Part shown: positions 8,762-17,216 of the stretch, piece after piece
Position numbering within the stretch: position 1 is the first letter of the stretch
Layout of the letters: each line of letters starts with the position of its first letter
Origin: an uncultured Candidatus Saccharibacteria bacterium
GTDB lineage: Bacteria; Patescibacteriota; Minisyncoccia; UBA6257; 1-14-0-10-44-23
NCBI GenBank assembly: GCA_964394435.1
Contig: CAYMXN010000001.1
Span: 235,928-299,927, forward strand
Length of the DNA: 64,000 nt
Reading direction: 5' to 3'
Program-made: the position numbers and the translations under genes
The notes under the pieces: model-generated
What the model was told of the DNA's origin: nothing
The model's database searches: none
The model's input: only the letters and a program-made list of their open reading frames with translations

Positions 8762-9598
8762 TTTAAACGCGCTTACAAATTTAAGCGGGTCGATTGAGAT
8801 GCCGTTTACCTTCAGCGAAAGGTGTAAGTGTGGTCCGGAAGCGTACCCGGTTTGCCCAACCGTTCCGATGATAGTTCCTTTTTTTACTTTCTGTCCTGGT
8901 CTTACACTCATCGAGTTCAAATGAAGATAGAGCGTCGCAATACCCTGTCCGTGATCGACGATAACCGAGTTGCCGTAAATCGAATCGAGATACGCTTTTT
9001 GTACTACCCCGTCGTTGATGACCGCCACTGGCGTACCAACTTTAGCAGTAAAGTCTACTCCGTAGTGATGAGTTACTTCGGTGCCAGTTTTGCGCGTCTC
9101 GCCATATGTACTGCCAATATTACGATTATCGTAAAGCGGCAGACCAAACCCACTCGTAAAATATATTTCCGGTGTTTTAGTTTCGAGATCTTTATTAATC
9201 TGGGTATTTGAGGTAGCTAAACTTTGCGTAAGCTGTTTTGGCGTAAGATTAAGCTTTTCTGGCACGGGAAGATTAATAACCGTAAATACTCCCGGGCGAA
9301 CGGTAAGTGTTTTTTCATACGTTGTCTGGTCTTCAAACGTAATGACTAGTTTGTGTGCTCCAGCCTTGGTCGCAAACGCGATTGGCACGAGCGCCCGATA
9401 CCCTCCTTGATACGCGAAGAGCGGAACTTCTTGGGCGTCATACATCACTTTGACTGGCTTTACCTCATTACTTATTTTGATTACGACAGTCTCTCCTTGG
9501 CGCGGGGTAAGTGTAGAAAAATTTGGCGCCGTAGCGTAAGCGTTTATTGCTAGGGCGAGTGCACATATCGAAATTATAAACGGGGATAATCGTCTCAT
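8759..9598 (-). CDS. M23 family (LytM-like) peptidase, secreted
   Basis: Signal peptide. HHYGVDF and GPHLHLSL metal-binding motifs. Confidence 0.8.
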   Translation of the reverse strand: MRRLSPFIISICALALAINAYATAPNFSTLTPRQGETVVIKISNEVKPVKVMYDAQEVPLFAYQGGYRALVPIAFATKAGAHKLVITFEDQTTYEKTLTVRPGVFTVINLPVPEKLNLTPKQLTQSLATSNTQINKDLETKTPEIYFTSGFGLPLYDNRNIGSTYGETRKTGTEVTHHYGVDFTAKVGTPVAVINDGVVQKAYLDSIYGNSVIVDHGQGIATLYLHLNSMSVRPGQKVKKGTIIGTVGQTGYASGPHLHLSLKVNGISIDPLKFVSAFK

Positions 9599-9622
9599 AC
9601 GCGTTTAGTATATCACCAAATA

Positions 9623-9660
9623 AAACGCCCCCTGCCAATTCTGACTGGGGGCGTTTTATT
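9623..9660. terminator. hairpin terminator
   Basis: AAAACGCCCCC-loop-GGGGGCGTTTTATT. Confidence 0.7.
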
Positions 9661-9782
9661 ATTTATCGATTGTGAAGACGAACTTTTTTGCCCTGCCGCT
9701 TATTGTGCTTTCGGCGAGCTAATTTACGCTTTTTATTCATAGTAGAGCTAGTGTAGCGTATTTTACTTGAATACGCAACGAA

Positions 9783-10394
9783 TTATTTTGTCCCGCGGCG
9801 CAGAAACTCCTTAACTAACTTCGCTTTTTCCCGAGCGGGCAACAGATATTTTTTCATTCCATTTGCTTGGCGCTGACGGGTAATCTCGTATAGGAAAAGT
9901 GTTGCGGCTACAGAGAGATTAAAACTCTCAACCATACCGCGCATCGGGATATATACACACTCATCAGCGAGCTCCGCAGCTTCGACAGAAATTCCTCGAT
10001 GCTCGTTACCCAAAATAATAGCGAGCTTAGGGGCGGTAAATCGAACCTGCTCGATTGATTTACGTTTTTTCCCAGTCAGCGCAGTAGCGACGATGTGATA
10101 CTTCTGCTTACGCAGCTCTTTAATGCACGCTTTAGTCGAAGTGAATACCTTGAAGTCGAGCCATTTATTTGCGGAAGACGAGGTCGCCTTACCGACTCGC
10201 TTTGGGTTAAATGATGTGGCGTCGGACTGATTTTTTCCCGAAAAGATAAAGTATACGTTTTGAAATCCAAACGCGTCCGCGCTACGTAAACACGCCGCCG
10301 CGTTATGTGGATCGTGAATATCTTCAAGTACGAGTACGCCTTGCTGACGCTTACTCGCTACTTCGGTGAGTCGTTTTTTACGCTGAATAGTCAT
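9783..10394 (-). CDS. TrmH/SpoU-family RNA 2'-O-methyltransferase
   Basis: Start at the internal ATG (MTIQRKK). SPOUT fold motifs (ILGNEHRGIS, PMRGMVESFNLSVAATLFLYE). Confidence 0.8.
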   Translation of the reverse strand: MTIQRKKRLTEVASKRQQGVLVLEDIHDPHNAAACLRSADAFGFQNVYFIFSGKNQSDATSFNPKRVGKATSSSANKWLDFKVFTSTKACIKELRKQKYHIVATALTGKKRKSIEQVRFTAPKLAIILGNEHRGISVEAAELADECVYIPMRGMVESFNLSVAATLFLYEITRQRQANGMKKYLLPAREKAKLVKEFLRRGTK

Positions 10395-10421
10395 TGAGGT
10401 GATTGAAAACTGAACAATAGC

Positions 10422-10452
10422 GTCGGACAAACGCGCGAGGCGTTTGTCCGAC
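10422..10452. other. perfect 12-bp stem hairpin (GTCGGACAAACG-cgcgagg-CGTTTGTCCGAC) at the low-GC/high-GC boundary
   Basis: Seen in sequence. No U-tract. Lies between the small GC-rich ORF and the trmH start. Confidence 0.6.
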
Positions 10453-10459
10453 AAGGGAG

Positions 10460-10690
10460 CTAGGCGTCGAGGCTCTGCCGCGGAGTGCGCGGCGGCTGCT
10501 TGGACGGGCAAAACCCGTGGCACTCCTTGTCTTGGCGCGCGCCACAACACATCTTCTCGCCCTCGAGCGGGTCGATGGGGTACTGGGGTGATGAAGCCTG
10601 CGAACCCTCCACTGCGGGAACTTCAGGCAACAACCCCCTTGGACTAAGAACTGGATCCAGCTCGTCAACAAGCCTAAGCTCAATCGTCAT
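10460..10690 (-). CDS. small GC-rich ORF, 76 aa, Cys-containing (…CCGARQDKECHGFC…); function unknown
   Basis: GGGAGG RBS 5 nt upstream of the ATG (MTIELRLVDEL). About 65% GC in a 45% GC context. The longer 100-aa version would overlap the rsmE 3' end. Confidence 0.4.
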   Translation of the reverse strand: MTIELRLVDELDPVLSPRGLLPEVPAVEGSQASSPQYPIDPLEGEKMCCGARQDKECHGFCPSKQPPRTPRQSLDA

Positions 10691-10765
10691 TGCGACCTCC
10701 CTGATGTTTCGCGCGATGCGAAAACACCACCCTACTCTACCTAAGGGCTTTACAAAAGTCAAAGT

Positions 10766-11464
10766 TTAATGCGTAGCAAGGTAGGTGGCGATCATCGCCG
10801 CTGTTTCGGCGCGTAACGTAAGCTGACCGAGATTGACTGGCTGCAGCCCAGCTGTTTTTGCTTGTTCTATCTCTTCGGTCGAAAACCCTCCTTCGGGACC
10901 GATCCAGATACCAACTGTTTGAATCGGACCGGTAAATACCTTCTGGGCCGGCTCACCGGTGATATCGCAAATACACCCTCGGTCGAATGATTTCGCAAAA
11001 TGGAGTGAGTCAACAAACTGCTCCGGCTCTCTGACTTCCGGAATCTTCCCCCTACCCGACTGCTCCGCCGCTTCCTTAGCTATTTTTTGTAAACGGGCTA
11101 ACTTAATACCCAACTTAACTGTTCGCGCAGTAATAATCGGAATAATAGTCGACGCACCACACTCAACTGCTTTTTGAACCGCCAGTTCAACGTTTTCGTT
11201 TTTCAAAATTGCGAGGTATAGCGTTATCTGACTTGATGGCTCACTCGTATTGGCAGCGACCGACTCGATCTCAACCTCAATCTCGTTTTTGCTAATTTTT
11301 TTCAGTGCCGCTTCAGCCTCAAACCCGTCTTCATTTACTAATATAATCTTTTCACCGATAGCGATCTTGAGTACATTTTTAAGCTGATTGGCGAGCTCGG
11401 CATCAAGTACGCGCGCAAACCCGGCACGGAGTGGTATAGTCACAAAAAAGCGATGAAGTTTCAT
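10766..11464 (-). CDS. rsmE: 16S rRNA (uracil1498-N3)-methyltransferase RsmE
   Basis: 232 aa. MKLHRFFV N-terminus with a PUA-like domain, then a SPOUT domain. Confidence 0.75.
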   Translation of the reverse strand: MKLHRFFVTIPLRAGFARVLDAELANQLKNVLKIAIGEKIILVNEDGFEAEAALKKISKNEIEVEIESVAANTSEPSSQITLYLAILKNENVELAVQKAVECGASTIIPIITARTVKLGIKLARLQKIAKEAAEQSGRGKIPEVREPEQFVDSLHFAKSFDRGCICDITGEPAQKVFTGPIQTVGIWIGPEGGFSTEEIEQAKTAGLQPVNLGQLTLRAETAAMIATYLATH

Positions 11465-11537
11465 ATTGATAGATTATTGATATAACCATAACACCGCCCA
11501 GGCTCGTCGTGAAGACGTGCGCTGGGCGGCGAGAAAT

Positions 11538-12026
11538 CTAGCTTGCCAAACTCCAGTACCGCTCAAATGGTATCGGAGTGCCATCGTGACGAGAAAAAAT
11601 CGGAGATGATGATACCCGCAGGATGTCGTGGATGACCTTCATTGGCCAAGCGAGCAGTTCGGGCAGAAACGCGTCGCCAAGTCCATCGATGCTTCGGCCG
11701 TCCCAACCACCAGAGATGAGCGCCGACCGAATCACTCCAGAGAAATCAGTGAACTCATCTGGACGCCAGAGTATCTCTGGTCGGAGCTTGGCAACATTAA
11801 GCGTTGCGAAACCCGGAGCGTTTTCGACGAAACGGAATCCCGCCCGAATAAACGCATCTCGCTGCACTCCTTCGTCGGGCTCGATCATAATCGCACCATA
11901 AGAGTCGGTTTGATCCAGATGAACATTGAACCAAATCCACAGGTCAACGACTCGAGACCCCAAGCCACTCAATCGGTCGAGACACTTCGCGTGAATGTCA
12001 TTAAACACGAAGACACCCTTAATCAT
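11538..12026 (-). CDS. hypothetical protein (about 162 aa), moderately GC-elevated
   Basis: Start set at MIKGVFVF, which has an AAGGAGG RBS 6 nt upstream. No confident domain. Confidence 0.45.
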   Translation of the reverse strand: MIKGVFVFNDIHAKCLDRLSGLGSRVVDLWIWFNVHLDQTDSYGAIMIEPDEGVQRDAFIRAGFRFVENAPGFATLNVAKLRPEILWRPDEFTDFSGVIRSALISGGWDGRSIDGLGDAFLPELLAWPMKVIHDILRVSSSPIFSRHDGTPIPFERYWSLAS

Positions 12027-12083
12027 AGCTACCTCCTTAAGAACTATTCTTAGGGTATGCCGCTCCCTTTTTTCTGTCAAAAA

Positions 12084-12527
12084 TTATTCCGAACTTCCAA
12101 ACGGCTTTAGCTGTGATGCGAGACTAAATGCGAGTGCGATAATAACCAGGTTTTTAATAATATACTGCCCTTCAAGCGTTGGAGTTAGAACTCCTTGCCA
12201 AGTAATTGTCGGCAAAAGCACAAGCGGCATAAATGTCGTAATCATATGCGGGATAAGCAGCGCGATTGAGAGTCGCTCTCCACGTGGAATCAAAAACGAT
12301 ATACCGATAAGCATCTCATAGACACCAAAGCAGAAAATAAACTGGCTAAAAGTAACAAATGGCAACGTCGCCTGTTGAAGCTGCTCAACGAGCGGATTAG
12401 CCGGGCTTGTACCAATAAGTTTTAATATCCCGAACCAGAAAAACACTACGAATAATGCGATCCGACTTAGCGCGGGGGTGATACGGCGCAGAAATGCGAT
12501 AACATATCGGTCAAATTGTGCAATCAT
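12084..12527 (-). CDS. DoxX-like small membrane protein
   Basis: 147 aa with four predicted TM helices. DoxX-like pattern; weak assignment. Confidence 0.45.
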   Translation of the reverse strand: MIAQFDRYVIAFLRRITPALSRIALFVVFFWFGILKLIGTSPANPLVEQLQQATLPFVTFSQFIFCFGVYEMLIGISFLIPRGERLSIALLIPHMITTFMPLVLLPTITWQGVLTPTLEGQYIIKNLVIIALAFSLASQLKPFGSSE

Positions 12528-12549
12528 ATACTCTTAGTATATCAAATTC

Positions 12550-13797
12550 TTAAGCGTTTGAGCCCGCGACCCAGCCGGTCGTCCAGCACAGCTGCAACGA
12601 GTATCCGCCCGACGGACGATTAATATTTAAAAGATCACCGGTAATTGAAAGATTTTTACAGCGTTTTGAACGCATTGTTTTGGTATCAACTTCATTCATC
12701 ATCACACCCCCATCGGCTACTACGGCGCGATTGCCGTCCATTAAGCTGGTGATGGTCAGCGGAAGACCCTTAAGCGTATCGACAATTTTACGCCGCTGCT
12801 CTTTAGTAATGCTGTGTACTTTAGTATCTAGGTTTATCTCGATGAGAGCGAGGGCCACGCCTGGCGCCATACCCTCTGGCACTATCTCCTTGAGTACATT
12901 TTTGAGTAGTTTATTTTTATTAGCTTCAAAAATCGAAAGGATTCGAGCGTCGAGCGCGCCGATATCCGTCGTTGGATAGAGGTCGATATATGTCGTCACC
13001 TCGCCTTCGTGTAATAAGTCACCCACCTTACTCGCAAGGTTGAGAATTGTCGGACCAGAGATGCCAAAGTGGGTAAAAAGCACCTTTCCTTTTTCAGAGA
13101 AATGTTTCTTGCCATCTACGAAGAAAGTCAATTTAACCCCTTCAACCGAGATACCAGAAAGTGTGTGCCCCCACTGCTCGCTCGTCGCCAAGGGAACGAG
13201 GCTTGGCGTTGGCGTTTTGACGGTGTGCCCGAGCTCGCGTAGCCAATCAAAGCCGTCGCCCGTTGAGCCAGTTTCGGGATGCGAAACACCGCCGGTAGCG
13301 AGAATATACTGTTGCGCGGTATACATATCTCCTCCCGCGATAACGCCGTCAATCTTTCCATCTGAACTCTGAATACGCTCCACAGCTGCTCCGGTCTTTA
13401 TCTCTACCTTGCCTTTCTGCATATATCGAGTGAGCGCACTAACTACATCAACTGCCCGCTCTGTTTTTGGAAAAGCACGGTTGTGCGCTTGAGTTACGAT
13501 AGGCAAACCCAGCGCCTCAAAAAAAGTAAACGTCTCTTTTACGCCAAATTGCGCAAATGGTGAAAATAAAAATGGCGCAGCATCGCCGTACTTTTCGAGC
13601 AAAACGCGAACATCTGGAGTTGCGTTGGTTATATTGCATCTTCCTCCGCCAGAGATTTCTAGTTTTTTCCCAAGCTTTTTATTTTTTTCGAGCAAAAGAA
13701 CGCGCTTACCAAGCGCGGCTGCCCGGCCAGCAGCCATCATTCCAGACGCACCTCCGCCGATGACTATTACGTCGTATTGCTTTGAAGGGTTCATTGG
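12550..13797 (-). CDS. HI0933/YhiN-family NAD(P)/FAD-dependent flavoprotein
   Basis: Start at MNPSKQYDVIVIGGGASGMMAAG (Rossmann GxGxxG) and the GGGRCNITN motif. Confidence 0.75.
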   Translation of the reverse strand, partial: PMNPSKQYDVIVIGGGASGMMAAGRAAALGKRVLLLEKNKKLGKKLEISGGGRCNITNATPDVRVLLEKYGDAAPFLFSPFAQFGVKETFTFFEALGLPIVTQAHNRAFPKTERAVDVVSALTRYMQKGKVEIKTGAAVERIQSSDGKIDGVIAGGDMYTAQQYILATGGVSHPETGSTGDGFDWLRELGHTVKTPTPSLVPLATSEQWGHTLSGISVEGVKLTFFVDGKKHFSEKGKVLFTHFGISGPTILNLASKVGDLLHEGEVTTYIDLYPTTDIGALDARILSIFEANKNKLLKNVLKEIVPEGMAPGVALALIEINLDTKVHSITKEQRRKIVDTLKGLPLTITSLMDGNRAVVADGGVMMNEVDTKTMRSKRCKNLSITGDLLNINRPSGGYSLQLCWTTGWVAGSNA

Positions 13798-13956
13798 TGT
13801 GGACCTAGGCGGAATCGGACCGCCGCTTCGTCCTTGCAAAGGACGCACACTACCATTATGTTATAGGCCCAGTAAGTGATGTATTTAAAATAGCCGAAAC
13901 AGGCCAAAAAGAAAAGGAGGTGGCAGCCGGAGAACCCGAAAGCCACCTCGTACTAC

Positions 13957-14499
13957 TTAGGCCGAACTAACCAGGCGCGGACGACGCGAGCGCTCGTCGC
14001 AAAGGTGCGGACCGTACATCCGCATATACTCCTCGCGGGGCAGCGTCTGCACTAGATAGCCTAGGATGCGATGCATCAACTCGTCGTGCCGGGGGTTGTC
14101 TGAAAACCACTCCTCGCAAAGACGATCGATCTCTGTCTTATCCGGCGTCTCTTCGACAGGGATTCGCAGAAAAAGTCGGATGAGATCGGCGCCAGTCGAA
14201 GTATCGCCGAGACGGAGAACATCCCCAAATGGAACCTCGCTAAACCCAAGACTGACATACATCTTGGTCCAAATCTGGAGATATGCGATGACCGCCTTAA
14301 TCTCCGGACTGGGATGGTCGCAAAACGAGATAACCGAGCTGCGCGCCTGCCAGAGCGCCTCTCGATACATACGCTCTACTTCGGCAACTCGCCGCTCTTT
14401 CTGCCGCCTTCGCCACCACCGCAATAGCCTCATACAACTCCCTCCCATTTGCGCTGCTCGCCTATACAGCGCAAGCAAAGACAGTACCATTTTTATCAA
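13957..14499 (-). CDS. GC-elevated hypothetical protein (up to 180 aa; true start uncertain)
   Basis: Higher GC than flanks. Downstream hairpin (GGTGGC…GCCACC) plus T-rich tract on the minus strand. No domain recognised. Confidence 0.4.
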   Translation of the reverse strand: MIKMVLSLLALYRRAAQMGGSCMRLLRWWRRRQKERRVAEVERMYREALWQARSSVISFCDHPSPEIKAVIAYLQIWTKMYVSLGFSEVPFGDVLRLGDTSTGADLIRLFLRIPVEETPDKTEIDRLCEEWFSDNPRHDELMHRILGYLVQTLPREEYMRMYGPHLCDERSRRPRLVSSA

Positions 14500-14569
14500 A
14501 AAACAACAAGGCCATTTTGGGAAAATAAAATAACCCCGTCAACAAACGCTGACGGGGTCGTACAAATCC

Positions 14570-15001
14570 CTAGGCTACCCACCGGAACGCTATGCCATGG
14601 AGATACTGCTGGTACTCCTGCTCAAAATCGGCACGGCCGTACGCCCCAAGTCCGACGAAATCTTCGATTCGATCATCCGCAGTCTTCTGGAAGATCTCGG
14701 CATCAATCAGGGCAAATACGATTTCACCAAGACAACGAGCATCTCTAATGCCAAGCTCACCCAAGACTGTGTGAGCGGCTAAGCCAAACTCCTGGAGTGC
14801 AAATGGCTTGAGGCTTGCTTCGAGCTCGACGCCAGAAACGTGCTTTTTCAAATTACCAGGGTTTAGTCGGTTGAGCGTATAGTCGAGCAACGCCGATACA
14901 AAGTGTAGCGCTTCGAGACCACACCCTATTCTCCGCGACGCCTCCATGAATCGGCGATATGAACGCTCAACGTCATCTTCTGCACCCTTAGTCGAGTCCA
15001 T
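14570..15001 (-). CDS. GC-elevated hypothetical protein, 143 aa
   Basis: GGAGGG RBS 7 nt upstream of the ATG. Hairpin (CCCCGTCAG…CTGACGGGG) plus T-run downstream. No domain recognised. Confidence 0.45.
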   Translation of the reverse strand: MDSTKGAEDDVERSYRRFMEASRRIGCGLEALHFVSALLDYTLNRLNPGNLKKHVSGVELEASLKPFALQEFGLAAHTVLGELGIRDARCLGEIVFALIDAEIFQKTADDRIEDFVGLGAYGRADFEQEYQQYLHGIAFRWVA

Positions 15002-15052
15002 ACACCGCCCTCCACAAATGAGCCTATCTTAACCTAGCAAATGAGATGCCCT

Positions 15053-15307
15053 TCAGGCAACCTTGCGCTCATTTTTAAGAAGTTGCTCTTTATTCCCTCT
15101 TAATCCGTTATAACCTCCAACTGTTCCGTCGGATTTAATAACCCGATGGCACGGAATACTTTTGTCAGTATTTTTACCCAAAATAGTCCCCACGGCACGA
15201 TAAGCGTTTGGCCGACCAGCATACGCCGCAACCTGCTTATAGCTCAACGTCTTTCCTTTGGGAATCTTGCGGACGATTTCGTATACTGCTTTTGTAAAAT
15301 CAGTCAT
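15053..15307 (-). CDS. MGMT/Ogt C-terminal-domain protein (methylated-DNA-protein-cysteine methyltransferase DNA-binding domain, PCHR motif), 84 aa
   Basis: IPCHRVI active-site motif and a helix-turn-helix ahead of it. Lacks the N-terminal Ogt domain. Confidence 0.7.
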   Translation of the reverse strand: MTDFTKAVYEIVRKIPKGKTLSYKQVAAYAGRPNAYRAVGTILGKNTDKSIPCHRVIKSDGTVGGYNGLRGNKEQLLKNERKVA

Positions 15308-15582
15308 CGGGGGTGTTTGCGCATGTTTTCATCACTCCAATTCCACCAAAGCAACAGTCCGGGCTTGTGAGTTTTGTTTGAAGCGTAATATACGGCGCAC
15401 CGGAGCACGTACAACATACACCGATCAATTTGTACGCCCTGTTGTTTACACATTTTCGCATACAACTTTTCGGGGTTTTGATTCTTAAGACAACTCGGGC
15501 GGTCGATGCCGATCGCGCGTAAATCAACGGCGATACTTCTACCTACTCCTGGAATTGACTCAAGTCCCTTTCCGGTCTTCAT
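15304..15582 (-). CDS. helix-hairpin-helix DNA-binding protein
   Basis: SIPGVGRSIAVDLRAIGI HhH motif. Start placed just after the bidirectional terminator. Confidence 0.45.
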   Translation of the reverse strand: MKTGKGLESIPGVGRSIAVDLRAIGIDRPSCLKNQNPEKLYAKMCKQQGVQIDRCMLYVLRCAVYYASNKTHKPGLLLWWNWSDENMRKHPR

Positions 15583-15603
15583 GTGCTTATTGTAGCAAAT
15601 TAA

Positions 15604-15647
15604 AACACCCCGGGCGGTTGCTCTAGCGCTCAAGGGTGTTTTTTACG
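15604..15647. terminator. bidirectional terminator hairpin (ACACCC…GGGTGT with flanking A/T runs)
   Basis: Seen in sequence. Confidence 0.6.
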
Positions 15648-15648
15648 T

Positions 15649-16152
15649 CTATTTACAGACCAGTGGGTAAGTAATCGAATCGTTACAATGCCTACGTTCA
15701 CCTATTAGCTTAGGCCGAATCCTTAACCTTACTGTTCCTGCCATTATCTCATCTTCCCAGTATATCCATTTCTGCTCTCCTGACCGAAGCGTTACGGAGG
15801 TATTATGATACTCAGTTGTTTTTTCAGGGGTATCGCGAAGGTCGACGAGCGAAAATCCTGAAAGGTTTGTCTCGGCAGCAATCATCGATATTTCAATTGG
15901 AGCACCTGAATTATAGAAGAGCGCCTTCCCTCCCGAATACCAACCATCCCCTGAAATCGACGCTCTTTTTATGCCACAGCTCGCTTCTTTGATACTAACT
16001 TGAACCTGAGCACATACAACTGGCTCGCCCCCCTTAGGCTCCTTCGATGGGATAGATGTGCGAGCTAAGATAAATCCAAAAAGAGCTGGAAGAATAACCA
16101 CTAGGATAATTATCACTACTATTGCGATGATGAGATATTTTAGGATTTTCAT
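15649..16152 (-). CDS. membrane-anchored hypothetical protein
   Basis: N-terminal TM helix (MKILKYLIIAIVVIIILVVILPALFGFIL). Confidence 0.5.
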   Translation of the reverse strand: MKILKYLIIAIVVIIILVVILPALFGFILARTSIPSKEPKGGEPVVCAQVQVSIKEASCGIKRASISGDGWYSGGKALFYNSGAPIEISMIAAETNLSGFSLVDLRDTPEKTTEYHNTSVTLRSGEQKWIYWEDEIMAGTVRLRIRPKLIGERRHCNDSITYPLVCK

Positions 16153-16153
16153 A

Positions 16154-16567
16154 TTACACCCAGTAGATCAGAACTAGCGCCATCGCGAGCAATGAAACAA
16201 ACGAGTGCGCGGCGTTAAAGGCAAAGAGTGCGAATGAACGCCCCTCCCAAAGCCACTTACCAGCGAGCGTTGGCATCGTAAAGCCGAGCCACGGCCAAAA
16301 TGCGAGCTGGAGTGCGCCGAGTACGCCAACGAGCGGAAACGGTGTTACTGCACTAATCCAGGCGAGTACCCAAGCGGTCAGAAAAGTCATGACAAATCCA
16401 AGCGTCATCGCGGTGCCCGCGGTCATCTTCATCGCCTTCATGCTCTCCGGCGTAAATCCCTCAAGTGCCATCCACTTCTTTCCAAGGATCGGACCATGCC
16501 ACATCCAACCGACGAAATACGCTGCGATAGTTGCTACTAAAATGTGTACGTAGTTAAGTTCAATCAT
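16154..16567 (-). CDS. DUF1761-like membrane protein
   Basis: 137 aa, three or four TM helices. W..HGP.LGKKW pattern. Confidence 0.5.
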   Translation of the reverse strand: MIELNYVHILVATIAAYFVGWMWHGPILGKKWMALEGFTPESMKAMKMTAGTAMTLGFVMTFLTAWVLAWISAVTPFPLVGVLGALQLAFWPWLGFTMPTLAGKWLWEGRSFALFAFNAAHSFVSLLAMALVLIYWV

Positions 16568-16583
16568 ATGTTTATATTAATTT

Positions 16584-16883
16584 TTATGCTTTTTTATCGA
16601 GCTTCTCAAGACGGAGCATTTTGAATCCGAAATAAATTACAGCCGCAATAACAATAAAGTCGATAACAATAGAGACAAAGTCACCCCACATAATCTTTGC
16701 TGACCCGATTTGAAAAAAAGCTTCTTTGAGTCCAGCGGTCGAACCGAGCAGTAAGCCGACTAACGGATTAATAATATCAGTAACGAGCGCCGAGACTACC
16801 TTCGAGACCGCACCGCCGAGGATAAAACCGATCGCGAGACCGATTACCCCTTGGGCGCGTATAAAATCAATAAATCCACGCAT
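16584..16883 (-). CDS. mscL: large-conductance mechanosensitive channel MscL
   Basis: 99 aa. MRGFIDFIRAQGVIGLAIGFILGGA N-terminus typical of MscL. Confidence 0.8.
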   Translation of the reverse strand: MRGFIDFIRAQGVIGLAIGFILGGAVSKVVSALVTDIINPLVGLLLGSTAGLKEAFFQIGSAKIMWGDFVSIVIDFIVIAAVIYFGFKMLRLEKLDKKA

Positions 16884-16996
16884 AAGTTAGTTATAATTTG
16901 TAATAAATCAAGTTTAGCAGAACTAATAGCTCAATTAAAGCATCATCCCCTTAAGACTTGAGAAAAAGCCCATTTTCTCTTAAACTCTATCAATAC

Positions 16997-17084
16997 GGAG
17001 GTGTCGCATAGTGGTCTAGTGCGCAGTCCTGGAAAGACTGTGTACCGCAAGGTACCGGAAGTTCGAATCTTCCCACCTCCGCCA
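16997..17084 (+). tRNA. tRNA-Ser (anticodon GGA), CCA encoded
   Basis: GGAGGTG acceptor stem, anticodon loop CTGGAAA, long variable arm, T-arm GGAAGTTCGAATCTTCC, 3' CACCTCC-G-CCA. Confidence 0.8.
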
Positions 17085-17127
17085 ACACAACGAATTAAAC
17101 CGATTTCTACTTTTTTAAACCTTCGAT

Positions 17128-17172
17128 GACTAACAAAACCCCGCACGTATGACGCGTCATACGTGCGGGGTT
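17128..17172. terminator. bidirectional terminator (CCGCACGTATGACGCGTCATACGTGCGG with flanking A/T runs)
   Basis: Perfect palindrome with GGTTTTGC downstream on plus and AAAA upstream. Confidence 0.7.
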
Positions 17173-17216
17173 TTGCTTACTACTTCTGGAAGAGTGATTA
17201 AAAAATTCGAAAGTTG

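Noticed and set aside
10378-10769. Alternative ORFs in island B (10378-10683 minus 101 aa, 10444-10647 plus, 10485-10769 plus)
   Set aside because: They overlap trmH or rsmE coding ends or lack an RBS. The 10460-10690 minus-strand frame with GGGAGG-N5-ATG is the only one with translation signals.
16943-17146. 67-aa minus-strand ORF
   Set aside because: It lies entirely over tRNA-Ser(GGA) and the following terminator hairpin.
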